From the NCBI GenBank assembly GCA_002269645.1, contig NIVC01002764.1, positions 38,755-102,754 of the forward strand: DNA of 64,000 nucleotides, in the 5' to 3' direction. Position 1 is the first letter of the stretch. Each line of letters starts with the position of its first letter. Under the pieces are notes generated by a model that saw nothing but the letters and a program-made list of their open reading frames with translations, was not told the origin of the DNA and ran no database searches. This document shows, piece after piece, positions 32,581 to 45,172 of this stretch. Origin of the DNA: Macrostomum lignano. Lineage: Eukaryota. The position numbers and the translations under genes were made by a program.

Positions 32581-34202
32581 GTGCAGGGTACAGCAGCCAC
32601 TTCCACATGCACTGTTGTCACGGATGCGTAAGAGAAGCCGCGTAGGCATTAGTCAAAAAACAGTTCACGGACCCTCACCGATTGATTCGGCAATGCGAGC
32701 AGTGAAATTCTAGGTCAGAGAGATTAGCGGCATCAGTTTGGATGCCTAATTCGTTCCAAACTGCCAATAGAGTTCCTGGCTTTGCATGGCGCCAGCTTTG
32801 TAAAACAGGAACCCTTCTGGAGTAGGGACGCTTAAATTGAATTTGAATTATTTATACTATGGCAGCTTGTTTGTGGAATGATAGGAGCACAATGATAGCA
32901 GATTGATGACGCCGCATTGTCTTAGCTGCAATCAATCCTTGTGGGCCCGTGCGCGGCTTCTGTTATATTGAAAAAGCACGGCCCTACGCAGCCCCAACTT
33001 GGATGCAAATTCCGCGATGTGAGAGGGAGAGGCGCCCAATGAATGCCAAGCCGACTCCGGCTGGGAACCCAACTTCGGTTTGGTCGATTCGGTTGGTCGG
33101 AGCCTGAGGATGCTCATGCGCTAAGCATGCGAAACATGTACGGGCTTGAATTCAATTTGAGGACATTGCTGTAACTACTCGTAATTTCGAATAGCTGAGG
33201 ATTTACGCTCGTACTGTAATCAATATTGTCGTCGTTACATTGCATAGTATTGTTCTGCGGTCTGCTGCCATATCTCCTAACTCTGCAGCTACAAAAGTTC
33301 TGCTGCTTCTAAATGAGCTAAGCTTCTGTGTCTCATTTTTCTCTCGCGTGATCTCCTGTCGTCTACCTGTGCAGATCCTTATCTCTCCCCCAGGTCGGGC
33401 AGCCTGCTGGGTTGAAAATGACAACCTCCCGCCCGCCTCTTGCTAAGACTGAACAGGATATAGAGCCATGAAAATGCAGGTTTGTTATAAAACAAACGGA
33501 CTGACCGACAAACCTAACTGGTAAACCGCCGCAAGGCATAACTAGGTTGGTGTTATTACTTGCACGTGGTCTGAGATTGTTTATCAGCTTGTCCCGGGCA
33601 ACACTCTGGCCCAGGGCTTATCATACTAAATAAGCTTAGGCTTTGCCAATGAAGCGTCAACATTAGGTGCTAACGTGTTGTGCTTTTCAGCTTACAAAGT
33701 ACAGCTGTGATCATTCCAGTCTGGTTGGAAATTTCCATAAGAACTGGCTAACCGAATTGCAAGAAGCCACCGCTGGCTGGGGGAATTTTATTACTGCTTT
33801 CCAGTCCCTTTTAACTGTCGAAAGCACGCGAGCTGGTCGTGATATTAGCGCAATGGAAAACCTCGAGCGTCACGTCCAGTTCTGCTGTCATTTTCGGTCA
33901 CCTCACAATAATAGCTGTAGTGTTTTTCTTTAGAAGATTTAAGGTTACCTATGAATTGATTTACATGACTGCTTTACCTGACTCGAAGGAAGAACTCTCT
34001 TTGGAAAGAGAGTCGGTCAGTCAGTCAGGTTGGTTAACCCCCGGATGAGGGTGAACTCGCCTGGACCCGACCACCCGAATCTGGTAAAATGCGAGTCATG
34101 TGCTTCTTTCTACCCGATAAATCCACAGTCGAAAGCAGAATTTAATTTTGCATTGACTTGCATCAGCAATATTCGCTTTATTTTCAATTTTCTTGCGTAC
34201 AG

Positions 34203-36549
34203 AGAAAGGCGCGGGTTGCAGGAGAGCAAAGCGGAGACTGCAATCAGCGACAGTCGCTACGGACCCTACCAGCTGTTGGTGGCGGCCCAGCCCGAGCTCA
34301 ACCACCGGGCCAGGTATCTCACTGAGGGCTCAAGGGGCGCAGTTAAGGACCGCTCACAGACTGGGTACCCGGCTGTGCAGGTGAGAGGGTGATTGCTGAC
34401 CATATTAATTAGAATTACCAAATACCCAACCGACCAACTTGATTAAGCTTTTCTGAGGTTAAACGCGAAACTTGAACCAGTTTCAACCTCAGACAGCAAC
34501 AAACAGAACCCTCAGACAGCAATAAACAGAACCAGTTTCCACCTCAGGCAGCAACAAACAGAACCAGTTTCCACCTCAGACAGCAACAAACAGAACCAGT
34601 TTCCACCTCAGACAGCAACAAACAGAACCAGTTTCCACCTCAGACAGCAACAAACAGAACCAGTTTCCACCTCAGACAGCAACAAACAGAACCAGTTTCC
34701 ACCTCAGACAGCAACAAACAGAACCAGTTTCCACCTCAGACAGCAACAAACAGAACCAGTTTCCACCTCAGACAGCAACAAACAGAACCAGTTTCCACCT
34801 CAGACAGCAACAAACAGAACCAGTTTCCACCTCAGTCAGCAACAAACAGAACCAGTTTCCACCTCAGACAGCAACAAACAGAACCCTGAGACAGCAACAA
34901 ACAGAACCCTCAGACAGCAACAAACAGAACCAGTTTCCACCTCAGACAGCAACAAACAGAACCCTCAGACAGCAACAAACAGAACCCTCAGACAGCAACA
35001 AACAGAACCTGTTTCTCCAGACAAGTAGTTGACCATCAATCTCATCCGAACTGCTTTCAGTTGCTAGGCTGGGCGCAGCCAGTGGAGCTCTGCGTCTTTG
35101 CCGGCTCGGACACTGGCAGTCGGCCAAAGCCCCACGGTTACTATCAGGTGTGCCGGGTGGCTGGCCGTCACGGCTGCTGCGAGGCTCGCGAGGTGGTGCA
35201 GGACGGAACGCGAATGCTGCTGATCCCTCTGCAGCCGAGAGACGGAGCTGTTATCAGGTAAACAACACTAGCGACTTCATCTGGAACTTCATTGTTTCAA
35301 TAAAAAGATTTCACGACTCCTTACATTTCTTCCAGCCTCGATTGCATCGGCATTCTGAAGCTGCGCAATGCCGACGTTGATTATCAACAGCAGCAGCAGC
35401 CGCTGTACCAGCAGCGCTCGTCCAAGCTGTTACGATCAGGCCGCTCCGCTAATGGCAAACGCAGCTCCAAGGTCCGCCTGGTGTTCCGGGTGGTGTTGCC
35501 GCTTAGCGATGGGACCCGCGTCACGCTGCAGACAGCCACCCAGGCCATCGAGTGCTGTAAGTCTCTGTTTCCCTTCGTAAACTTGCTTTCGGTTCATTGA
35601 AGAACCGTCTTTGCGATTGCTCGTGGGAAAGCTTGTCAGGTGTATGTTCAAACTGGATGGCACCTAACGAGGCAATCTCTGCCAGAACCTGAATAGAGAG
35701 TACTGGAAGTAGTCAGTGAAGCACTCTGTTTGCTGCGAACACTTGATGCTTGATAACCGGCTTTACAGGTCAGCCAACCGGCCAGCCGGAGATCCACCGG
35801 CTGTCTACGCACGAGTCGTCCGCCCGCGGCGGCGGCGACCTGTTCATCATCGGTCGCAATTTTAGCAAAGGCGCTCGAGTTCAATTCCGCGAAGCGGTCC
35901 CGCGCAACGGCCGCGACGCCAATTGGGAGACCTACGCAGCCATGGAGTCGGAGTTCAGCGCCGCCAACCATCTGGTTTGTCGGGTGCCCGCATTCGGCAG
36001 CGACGGCGCCGACTATGACGACGAAGACAGCAACAGCAGCGGCGGCCAGCATGCCGGACGGGACCTGCCGGTGCTGACCGAGCCTGTTCACGTTCTGGTC
36101 CAGGTCGTGTGCGGCGAGAAGTCGTCCGAGCCAGCCTGCTTCACCTACCTGCCAGGTAAGCGGAGATGGGACCCAGAAGAAGACAGATTAAGCCGGAAAT
36201 TAGATAGAAGCGATCGGATAGGCTGCGAAGCTTCGCTAATAGAGTATTGCCTATCCCATTCCTCATCTGCTTTGAAGAGTATGGAACAGCAGACCCGAGC
36301 CTCGTGCCCCTGGCGCTGCCTGGCCAGTCTCAGCCGCTGCAGCAGCATCAACAGCAGCAGCAGCAGCATCAGCAGCAGCAGCAGCAGCAAGCCCATATGG
36401 TCGACTTCTTCGCTGACTCTAGCCGCGACCAGCACCAGCAGCAGCAGCTTGAGCAGCATCAGCGACAGCTGGACCTCGACGCGGCATTCTTGGACTGCCA
36501 AGACGCTGACGCATCTTCGTCCATCATGGGACCGATTGGACCTTGGTGA
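34203..36549 (+). CDS. NFAT5: NFAT5/TonEBP-like Rel-homology transcription factor, RHD-IPT exons and Q-rich tail
   Basis: Exons 34203-34380 ([31 protein letters not shown]), 35061-35257 ([13 protein letters not shown]), 35336-35556 ([13 protein letters not shown]...RLVFRV...TLQT), 35769-36155 (IPT: PEI..LS..S...GG.LFIIG.NF) and 36278-36549. Phases are consistent. [11 protein letters not shown] and ILKLRNADV are NFAT5-type signatures. Confidence 0.92.
34465..35010. repeat. 32-bp minisatellite (gaaccagtttccacctcagacagcaacaaaca) with deleted variants, in an NFAT intron
   Basis: 12 units contain tttcca; several shorter units lack it. Confidence 0.95.
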
Positions 36550-37344
36550 TTGCTGAGGGCGAGTTTAACCTAACAGATTAGCAGAATGATTGCACTGAAC
36601 GCACGCCGTGGGTAGCTTTTTAACGTTTAGCGTTGAAAAAAAAAGAACTGCAGACTAGTCTGCCGCTCAAGTCTTTTAACAGTCGAAAGACTACGAGTTG
36701 GAAGTCTTTCGACTGTAAATTCCAGAGGGAGAATCCCCTTATTGCATTTTATTATCCTCCCAATACTTGTGCGGGAATCAGATTTGGCAATTTCCTAGAG
36801 ATCGGTTAGACTAAAACAAAAATCTACGGCCTGAGTTCTCACAATTGCTATGCCGACTGGTTTGTCGCGAACTGTACGAACTAGCATATCCATTACTAGT
36901 ACACACATACGAGCTATTACTGTGCGATAACACTAATGACGGTGATTCGTTGAGGTCGCATAGCAATAAGTCTTTGATCGTACAGTATTTTGTTTTGCAA
37001 TAAAGAACTTGGCACCAATTTAAACATTAGCTCGAATACATTTAATGCCAGTATTCTAACATTCGGACAATATTTCTATGTACAAAAAGTACATTGCTCG
37101 TTACCAATTTTCATCTCCTCCCATTTTTTTGTCCTTACTGCACTGTGAAATTAACCAAATCACTTTGGACATCTTCATACGCGCTTAGCTTTATTAGGCT
37201 ATTGTATGAATTTTACAAGTGCAAGCGTACTGTACGTCTCCGCCTATTGATTAGCAAGGTGTATTATTTACCAGTAAAATACATTCTAAACACCAAAATT
37301 AACAAATAATTGGACTTTTCTGTGTTTCTATTGTATGTATCTGT

Positions 37345-38420
37345 TAGTGATAGGGATAGTGATGGGATAGTGATGGGGATAGTGATGGGATAGTGATGGG
37401 ATAGTGATGGGATAGTGATGGGGATAGTGATGGGATAGTGATGGGGATACTGATGGGATAGTGATGGGGATAGTGATGGGATAGTGATGGGGATACTGAT
37501 GGGGATACTGATGGGGATAGTGATGGGGATAGTGATGGGGATACTGATGGGGATACTGATGGGGATAGTGATGGGATAGTGATGGGATAGTGATGGGGAT
37601 AGTGATGGGGATAGTGATGGGGATAGTGATGGGGATAGTGATGGGGATAGTGATTGGGATAGTGATGGGGATAGTAATGGGGATAGTGATGGGGATAGTG
37701 ATGGGGATAGTGATGGGGATAGTGATGGGATAGTGATGGGGATAGTGATGGGGATACTGATGGGGATAGTGATGGGATAGTGATGGGATAGTGATGGGGA
37801 TAGTGATGGGGATAGTGATAGGGATAGTGATGGGATAGTGATGGGGATAATGATGGGGATAGTGATGGGGATAGTGATGGGATAGTGATGGGGATAGTGA
37901 TGGGATAGTGATGGGGATAGTGATGGGGATAGTGATGGGGATACTGATGGGGATAGTGATGGGATAGTGATGGGGATAGTGATGGGATAGTGATGGGGAT
38001 ACTGATGGGGATACTGATGGGGATAGTGATGGGATAGTGATGGGGATAGTGATGGGGATACTGATGGGGATAGTGATGGGATAGTGATGGGATAGTGATG
38101 GGGATAGTGATGGGGATAGTGATAGGGATAGTGATGGGGATAGTGATGGGGATAGTGATGGGGATAGTGATGGGGATAGTGATGGGATAGTGATGGGGAT
38201 AGTGATGGGATAGTGATGGGGATACTGATGGGGATAGTGATGGGGATAATGATGGGGATAGTGATGGGATAGTGATGGGGATAGTGGTGGGGATAGTGAT
38301 GGGGATAGTGATGGGGATACTGATGGGGATAGTGATGGGGATAGTGATGGGGATAGTGATGGGATAGTGATTTGGATAGTGATGGGGATAGTGATGGGGA
38401 TAGTGATGGGGATAGTGATG
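37345..38420. repeat. 11-12-bp G-rich minisatellite (GATAGTGATGGG/GGGG)
   Basis: About 90 units; source of the spurious PSLS/HYPH/ITIP ORFs. Confidence 0.97.
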
Positions 38421-38865
38421 AGCAGCTCAGAGACTGGGCTGCGGGGCAAATCTCGATCTGCAGACGATTCCTACCAAGCCATTCATTCATGCAAGTAAAT
38501 TTGTGCCTATAATGGACTGACCAATCCAGCGCTACGCATTCTTGCATTCTTGGCACTTCTGATTCACCTCAGGCAACCTCTGGCATTCGCGGACTCTCAG
38601 CTGCGCAGCGCATACGCAAACGAAAGCGGACACCTGGCAAGGCCAGAATGGATGCTGCGCGCTTTTAATGCCTGCGAATTGGACTGCTGAGGGCGTGTGG
38701 GCCCTGCATGGTCTTTGAATAAATACTGAGGCTTTTGGGTCAAACACAAACACTTGAACAATGGGATAAATTTTTCGGAGTTTGACCAAGCAGTCCAGCG
38801 TCCGTTTAGCTTCATCTCACTGGAGAAGCGCGCCACCCCTGCTTTGAAACAGATTGGAGCAGCTG

Positions 38866-41800
38866 ATGATGAGGCCTTCGTCGAAAATGCTTGCTCTCGC
38901 TGCCTGGCTCTGGTGGTGCTGCTGGTGCAGCGGCTGCACGCAACTTGTCGCGTCTCTGGCAGGTGAGAGCCGTAGAACTGACAAAATTTAACATCACCGA
39001 AGCTTTTACTCAGCTGCTTCACTATAGAAGGTTTCCTGTTCATTTTTAGCACAGAATTTACAACATCTTACCATAAGACCTTCCGAATTGCAGGTGAAGC
39101 CAGTATGCGTTTTGTGCACTGACAAGCTTGATAAGATAACTTCTCGAACCTCTGATCAATGCACTGGTTTCGTAGTGTGTAATTCCTAAAATATGATAAA
39201 TAATTTATCACATCCGCGTACTCGCCAAGAGTCCAAGCAGTATCGAGCTGGGATTCCCCATTACATGTACAACCGCCGGACCAAAATTCAAAATCTTAAA
39301 CAACAAATCTGAATTTGTTTTAAAAAATTCTAGAAAGAACTTCCACTTCTGTGGTCTGTCACTTGTTCTCGATACAGTCAAATAGCATTTTTAGTATCCT
39401 TTATCTAAAATAAACTTTGTCACTTTGCACAATTGTCGACTTACAGTAGCACCGATTGAAAGTCTTCCGACTGGGCAGCAGAAAGTTGTTTATTCAAGCG
39501 CGAAGGCCCCGAGAGCTGCTGACCAGGAGCCGCACCGCGTGGACACCCGCGTAGTGGAAATTCGTTATTACGTGCAGAAGATTCACAGCATGGTTAGAGA
39601 CTATTTTCTATTCAGAATGTGCTCAATTTTATTCTGCTGAAAACAGTTTCACTCATCAATTTTAGGATGTAAGCAGTCAAACGTTCTACAGCAGCGGAGT
39701 TTTGGCACTGGTGAGACAAAGTCCCTATATACTGTCTTGCACTTGTACTACTCAAGATCCCTGAGTGAGTAGTACAACAGCTGAAAAGTGAGCTTACTTG
39801 TAGCACCTTGTACTCCGAATAATTTCTCTGATACCCAAACATCACTCAGTCTCAAAATCACTATCACTCGGTAGTGAACACCCACCGAACACCCACTGTC
39901 CCTCGGCATCTGGTGCCCGAACACCCACTGTCACTTGGCATCTGGTGCCCGAACACCCACTGTCACTTGGCATCTGGTGCCCGAACACCCACTGTCACTT
40001 GGCATCTGGTGCCCGAACACCCACTGTCACTTGGCATCTGGTGCCCGAACACTCACTGTCACTCGGCATCTGCATGGTCCCCGAACACTCACTGTCACTC
40101 GGTATCTGCATGGTCCCCGAACACTCACTGTCACTCGGCATCTGCATGGTCCCCGAACACTCACTGTCACTCGGCATCTGCATGGTCCCCGAACACTCAC
40201 TGTCACTCGGCATCTGCATGGTCCCCGAACACTCACTGTCACTCGGCATCTGCATGGTCCCCGAACACTCACTGTCACTCGGTATCTGCATGGTCCCCGA
40301 ACACTCACTGTCACTCGGCATCTGCATGGTCCCCGAACACTCACTGTCACTCGGCATCTGCATGGTCCCCGAACACTCACTGTCACTCGGCATCTGCATG
40401 GTCCCCGAACACTCACTGTCACTCGGTATCTGCATGGTCCCCGAACACTCACTGTCACTCGGCATCTGCATGGTCCCCGAACACTCACTGTCACTCGGCA
40501 TCTGCATGGTCCCCGAACACTCACTGTCACTCGGCATCTGCATGGTCCCCGAACACTCACTGTCACTCGGCATCTGCATGGTCCCCGAACACTCACTGTC
40601 ACTCGGCATCTGGTCCCCGAACACTCACTGTCACTCGGCAATCACAAGCTCCCACACCCGCTGCAGCGCTGGAATCTGTCCGCCGACAGCCCGGCGCACT
40701 GGCAGCCCAGGCTGGCCCTGTGGAATGCCGAAATTGCCGACCCCGACCGACAGGCGCTGCATCCGCAGCATCGACTTCGCATGGAGCGACACCCGTCAAC
40801 GGGACGGCTGATGACCGCATCTACGGAGCTCATTCTGCAGCCAGTGGGCCACTGCGATCACGTCAACTTTGTGCACTTTCCCAAAGATCGGCATAACTGC
40901 AGCTTTCAGGTGAAGGTCGCATTGCTTGATGCTCATTGTTCCTGGTCGGCCGTTTACTTTGTTCTCTGTTTACACCTGTGTAAATACAGTTACCCCTAAA
41001 GCTGTCCAAAATGTCTCGAAAGAGGTGTTAAATGTAAAACTTAATGGAATTTGTGCTACATTTTTGTAACATTGCAAACTTTCGAAACTAAAGAGTAACT
41101 GAGACCGCCTGGAATGTCAACAAGGCCCGAAGCTTCTTGTTGAAGTCGATTTAGCTCCCAACCACCGTCTCAGGTATTTGTATAAATTCTCAAGCTAAAA
41201 GACTCGCGTATGTTAGTTACAATTTTCGGTAGAAAACGTTGGAAGACTAGAGGTCTCTCCCGCGAACAGTCTGGGTCAACTGGAGGTGCCGGACGGCCGT
41301 AGCCCAGTGGTCTGGCGCGGCGCTCTGATTCGCCAGCGGCCCAGGCTCGATTCCAAGTGCAGTCGCATTAACTTGGGGCTAATTTGGAATCTCGGCTTGG
41401 CTCTGCTAGTGCAATTAAAGCCCTTGAAGGCCAACCCCAAAGTGCAGTGAAGTGTACATGCCTAACGATAAATAAAGTTAGGGCCGCTGTACACTCCTGT
41501 GTGAGTGTGTGCCTGCGTACGTATCCGCGCGCTTGTGAGCCTGCTCAGAGGAGTCGGCGGAATGGGCACACAGCCACCTGGCTCTTAATAAAAATTAAAA
41601 CTGGAGGTTGCTGAATTAGGACTTTGCCCTGATCATCCCATTGAATCTTCCCGCCCTTCATCTCCTCGCCGCAGGTGCTATTCGCCGACAGCCTCTCGGA
41701 CTCGGAGGCCCGCTTCGAGCTGCGCACCACCAACGATGGCCCGGCCGACTTCCTGGCCGGCTGCAACGGCGGCTGGCAGGTGCTGACCGTGGCGGACAGC

Positions 41801-42528
41801 GTCGCCGCAGTGGCCTGGCCAGGCGGGTACCGCCGCTCGGTGTACACCTTCTCAATTAGCGTACGCCGGGAGCACCGGTACTACCTGGTGAGCATGCTGC
41901 TACCTGTGCTCTACCTGGTCCTGCTGCTGTTCATGGTGTTCTCACTGCCGGTGTCTAACGGGTCGGAGAAGATTCAGCTGTCGCTGACTGTGCTGCTGGC
42001 GTTCACAGTCTACCTCATGCTCACCGATCAGATGATGCCTAAAATCAAGCAGGTGCCAGCTCTGAGTGAGTTTTCGATGATTAATTTATACCGAAAAAAT
42101 CAGTCAGTTGCTAATCTTCGGCCTGAAGGTTACATCTTTTTACATCAGTTTGATGTTTTATTCAGTAGTACGCCAAGACACGTATCATCCCCATAAAGTC
42201 CTATCTGTAGTTCAAACTCTATCGACTAACCTTATGTCCTATTCCTTGAAAACCATTGTCAGGCCACTTCCTCAATGGCCTGATGCTGATCGCCTCTCTC
42301 TACGTCTGCGCCATCGCGGCCACCAGCCGCCTGGTCGGGTTGTCCGGCGACGACTCATCCAGACTGAGCTGGAAGCCGTTGCGGGCGGCGCTTCGGGCGG
42401 TAGGGACCGATGCCGACTGTCCGCAGGCGATGAAGCGGCTGGCGACGCGCATCGACCAGGGCCTGATGACCGTCGGCGTGCTGGCGGTCATCCTTCTGTT
42501 CATTGTGCTGGTGCTGCCGCTGCTCTGA
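38866..42528 (+). CDS. Cys-loop pentameric ligand-gated ion channel subunit (divergent, nAChR-like cationic M2), complete, 395 aa
   Basis: Exons 38866-38962 (signal peptide), 39447-39592, 39666-39710, 40667-40909 (WQPRLALWN; CDHVNFVHFPKDRHNC), 41675-42065 (RR...YY...M1; SEKIQLSLTVLLAFTVYLML M2) and 42263-42528 (M3, short loop, RIDQ M4). Total 1188 nt, all GT..AG, phases consistent. Confidence 0.92.
39885..40640. repeat. 32/36-bp minisatellite (tgtcactcggcatctgcatggtccccgaacactcac) in channel intron 3
   Basis: About 5 copies of a 32-bp form followed by about 15 copies of a 36-bp form. Confidence 0.96.
41295..41600 (+). mobile_element. tRNA-derived SINE family A, near full-length copy in channel intron 4
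   Basis: Head ggccgtagcccagtgg (A-box) ... ggctcgattcc (B-box); body shared with two other copies; A-rich tail aataaaaattaaaa. Confidence 0.8.
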
Positions 42529-42597
42529 CACTGACAACGGGATGAGTTGAGCTCAACAAGGTTCAAACGAGAATCTCTAGTGGCATAAAATAAAATT

Positions 42598-42907
42598 TAT
42601 AATAATAACTGATTACACCTGCCCCAATTGGGCCAGATGTGCAACCGACAGCTCAGCCGCAGCTATTGCGCGGCGCATCTGAAGGCTGCGTACGGCTGTT
42701 CAGTCCAAGGACTGGGGGGGTCGCCACACACAGCCTCAATTACCCCAGCTAATGCTGGCACCCATTTTACAGCTGGGTGAACTGAAGCAATGCAGAGTCA
42801 AGTGTCTTGCTCAAGGACACAGATTGTTCCGAGCGAGTAAGGTCGAGAATCGAACCCGCGACCTTCAAGTCGTGAGTCCGACGCTCCAACCACTAGGCTA
42901 CAACTCC
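42598..42907 (-). mobile_element. tRNA-derived CORE-like SINE family B, copy 1
   Basis: Reverse strand: GGAGTTGTAGCCTAGTGG (A-box), GGTTCGATTC (B-box), then tgtgtccttgagcaagacactt...cagttcacccagctgtaaaatggg resembling the CORE domain, and a (TTA)n tail. Confidence 0.88.
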
Positions 42908-43757
42908 TTCTGAGCTGTTTTTTGGTTTAATGTTAAGTGGCAAAACTTCACTAAATGCTCATTTTAAAAGACTGGCTCAAGTTTTCAGAATTTAAGTTAG
43001 GTCAAACCAAATTCAATTAAAACCAAATTTCACACTGAAATTCAAAAACCTTGGTTGTATAACCATTGATTTTTCTGCGGGACAACCTTTTTTCCGTAAA
43101 TTTTTTCTTTCAGAAGCTCAAAAAACAGCTCACATTGGCTACCAACTCAAAACTCCACGATATTAATTAAAATGAGATTCGGAGAATTGCATTGACCAAA
43201 AAAGTTGTTCAATTGGGAGTTTGTACTCAAAATAATTGGTACTCAAGCTTCTTGACCAAGTTTTCTCGGTTTAAAGGTTCAACGACCAGGGCCTATTAAA
43301 GTGGATTCTAAGATACTGTAGTTCATTCTAAGAAACGAATAATTTACTCAAATATTTGTAACTACTGTGAATATTCTCCATCCTTTCTTATGATTAGCTG
43401 TAATTCGAAATTGAACTTTATGTATATATTGCTCCAAAACTGACTGAATTCTAAACTATTTTCACCTCCAAGTTAATGCTCCGTTTTGCGGTCTTTAATA
43501 AAATTTTGCTTACTACTTTTGAGTAGTAAAGCTTTTGATCTGTAAACAATGTAATTCTAAGTTAAAAAGCGCTTGATTTATTATAAGCAATTTATTAAAA
43601 GAATTTTAAAAGTTGGTAATACATTATTTTCGTTTCACAAATATGAATTTTCGAGAAGTAAACATATGGTATTTTTACTTGCATTTAATTGGACATTTCA
43701 GTACAAGGGCTCGCTTTCAAAGCTCGAAATATTACATCGTCGTAGAGGCCTGTCTGT

Positions 43758-44033
43758 CACTTCCATTTCGGGACCTTCGGGAACTTCGGGACCTTCGGAC
43801 CTTCGGGACCTTCGGGACCTTCGGGACCTTCGGGACCTTCGGGACCTTCGGGACCTTCGGGACCTTCGGGACCTTCGGGACCTTCGGGACCTTCGGGACC
43901 TTCGGGACCTTCGGGACCTTCGGGACCTTCGGGACCTTCGGGACCTTCGGGACCTTCGGGACCTTCGGGACCTTCGGGACCTTCGGGACCTTCGGGACCT
44001 TCGGGACCTTCGGGACCTTCGGGACCTTCGGGA
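43758..44033. repeat. (GGGACCTTC)n 9-bp array, about 28 units
   Basis: Near-perfect tandem nonamer. Confidence 0.97.
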
Positions 44034-44651
44034 CATGTAAATTGAAAATTACATGTGCAGTCTGTATAAAAATATTGTGGAACAGTGGTGTAACACTGCA
44101 ATGAAGTTCCATAGTGTGATCGTACGCTCGTAATACAAGTACAGGACCGTCAATTAACCACTCCTTAGTAGCAATTGTCTATCAACAATAATGGCGAGCA
44201 AGTTTACATTGATATTATCTAATGCGAAGCAGGCATGCATAAGATAAAGTAGACTTACAGTGTAGAAAATACAGTATTTAACACAATGGTAGATTGTGTA
44301 TATGATTTTGGAGGTGCGCACTTTCACCATAATTTAAATAAAAAAACTTGAATTTTGTTCATTAAACTAGCTTACTTAAATATGATTCACGGAATACGAA
44401 CTTCACGCTGGGGTGTCAGGCAGAATTAAACAAATCAAATAGATTTAAGAGCAGCATTGGGATGGGACTCAAATGATAAGGGAGAATTTGAATTTGAAAT
44501 TTGAAAGACAGGTTTGCTTCCTTTTAATCCCGCGGCGAGATCGAAGCTGGTGGTATGAAATGTTACATATAGAATATATATGTTTAAGTATAGAGGTACA
44601 GACAGAGCAAAACAGGAAGCTGAGGATTAAGGTGAAGTTAAAGAAAAGTCA

Positions 44652-44885
44652 AGTGGAAGTAGTGGAGGGCACTGGGACCTCCTGGAAGTAGTGGAGGGCA
44701 CTGGAACCTCGCTGGAAGTAGCGGAGGGAAGTGGAACCTTGCTGGAAGTAGCGGAGGGAAGTGGAACCTTGCTGGAAGTAGCGGAGGGAAGTGGAACCTT
44801 GCTGGAAGTAGCGGAGGGAAGTGGAACCTTGTTGGAAGTAGCGGAGGGAAGTGGAACCTTGCTGGAAGTAGTGGAGGGCAGTGGA
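44652..44885. repeat. 30-bp minisatellite (ggaagtagcggagggaagtggaaccttgct), about 8 copies
   Basis: 10-aa periodicity in the overlapping spurious ORFs. Confidence 0.93.
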
Positions 44886-45172
44886 AGCCGGGTCAAAATA
44901 GTGAAGGTTATTAAAGCCAAGTTTAGAATGATGTGTAAAGCGCTGTCATCGGCCGGACAACTGGGTTTCGGCTCAATGAGAACTGTTATTAAGCAAATAA
45001 TGAAATGGAAGGTCATTTGTCGGAAGTGAAAAAATTTACAGAGTTACATGTACATACAATATGGGTGAAGATTCAAGTACAAAATGAACAATGGGAGCTG
45101 CACTGCTAGGCGCAAGGGAACTTACTGGTTCGCATGGATCTCATATGCACGCATAAATGGAACACAACAAAC

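Noticed and set aside
37264-40999. His/Pro-rich and other periodic ORFs
   Set aside because: They derive from the 11-12-bp and 36-bp minisatellites; only 40667-40909 is a real exon.
43757-44101. Collagen-like (Gly-Pro-Glu)n ORF on the minus strand
   Set aside because: A near-perfect 9-bp DNA repeat with no synonymous variation, no signal peptide and no flanking collagen domains.
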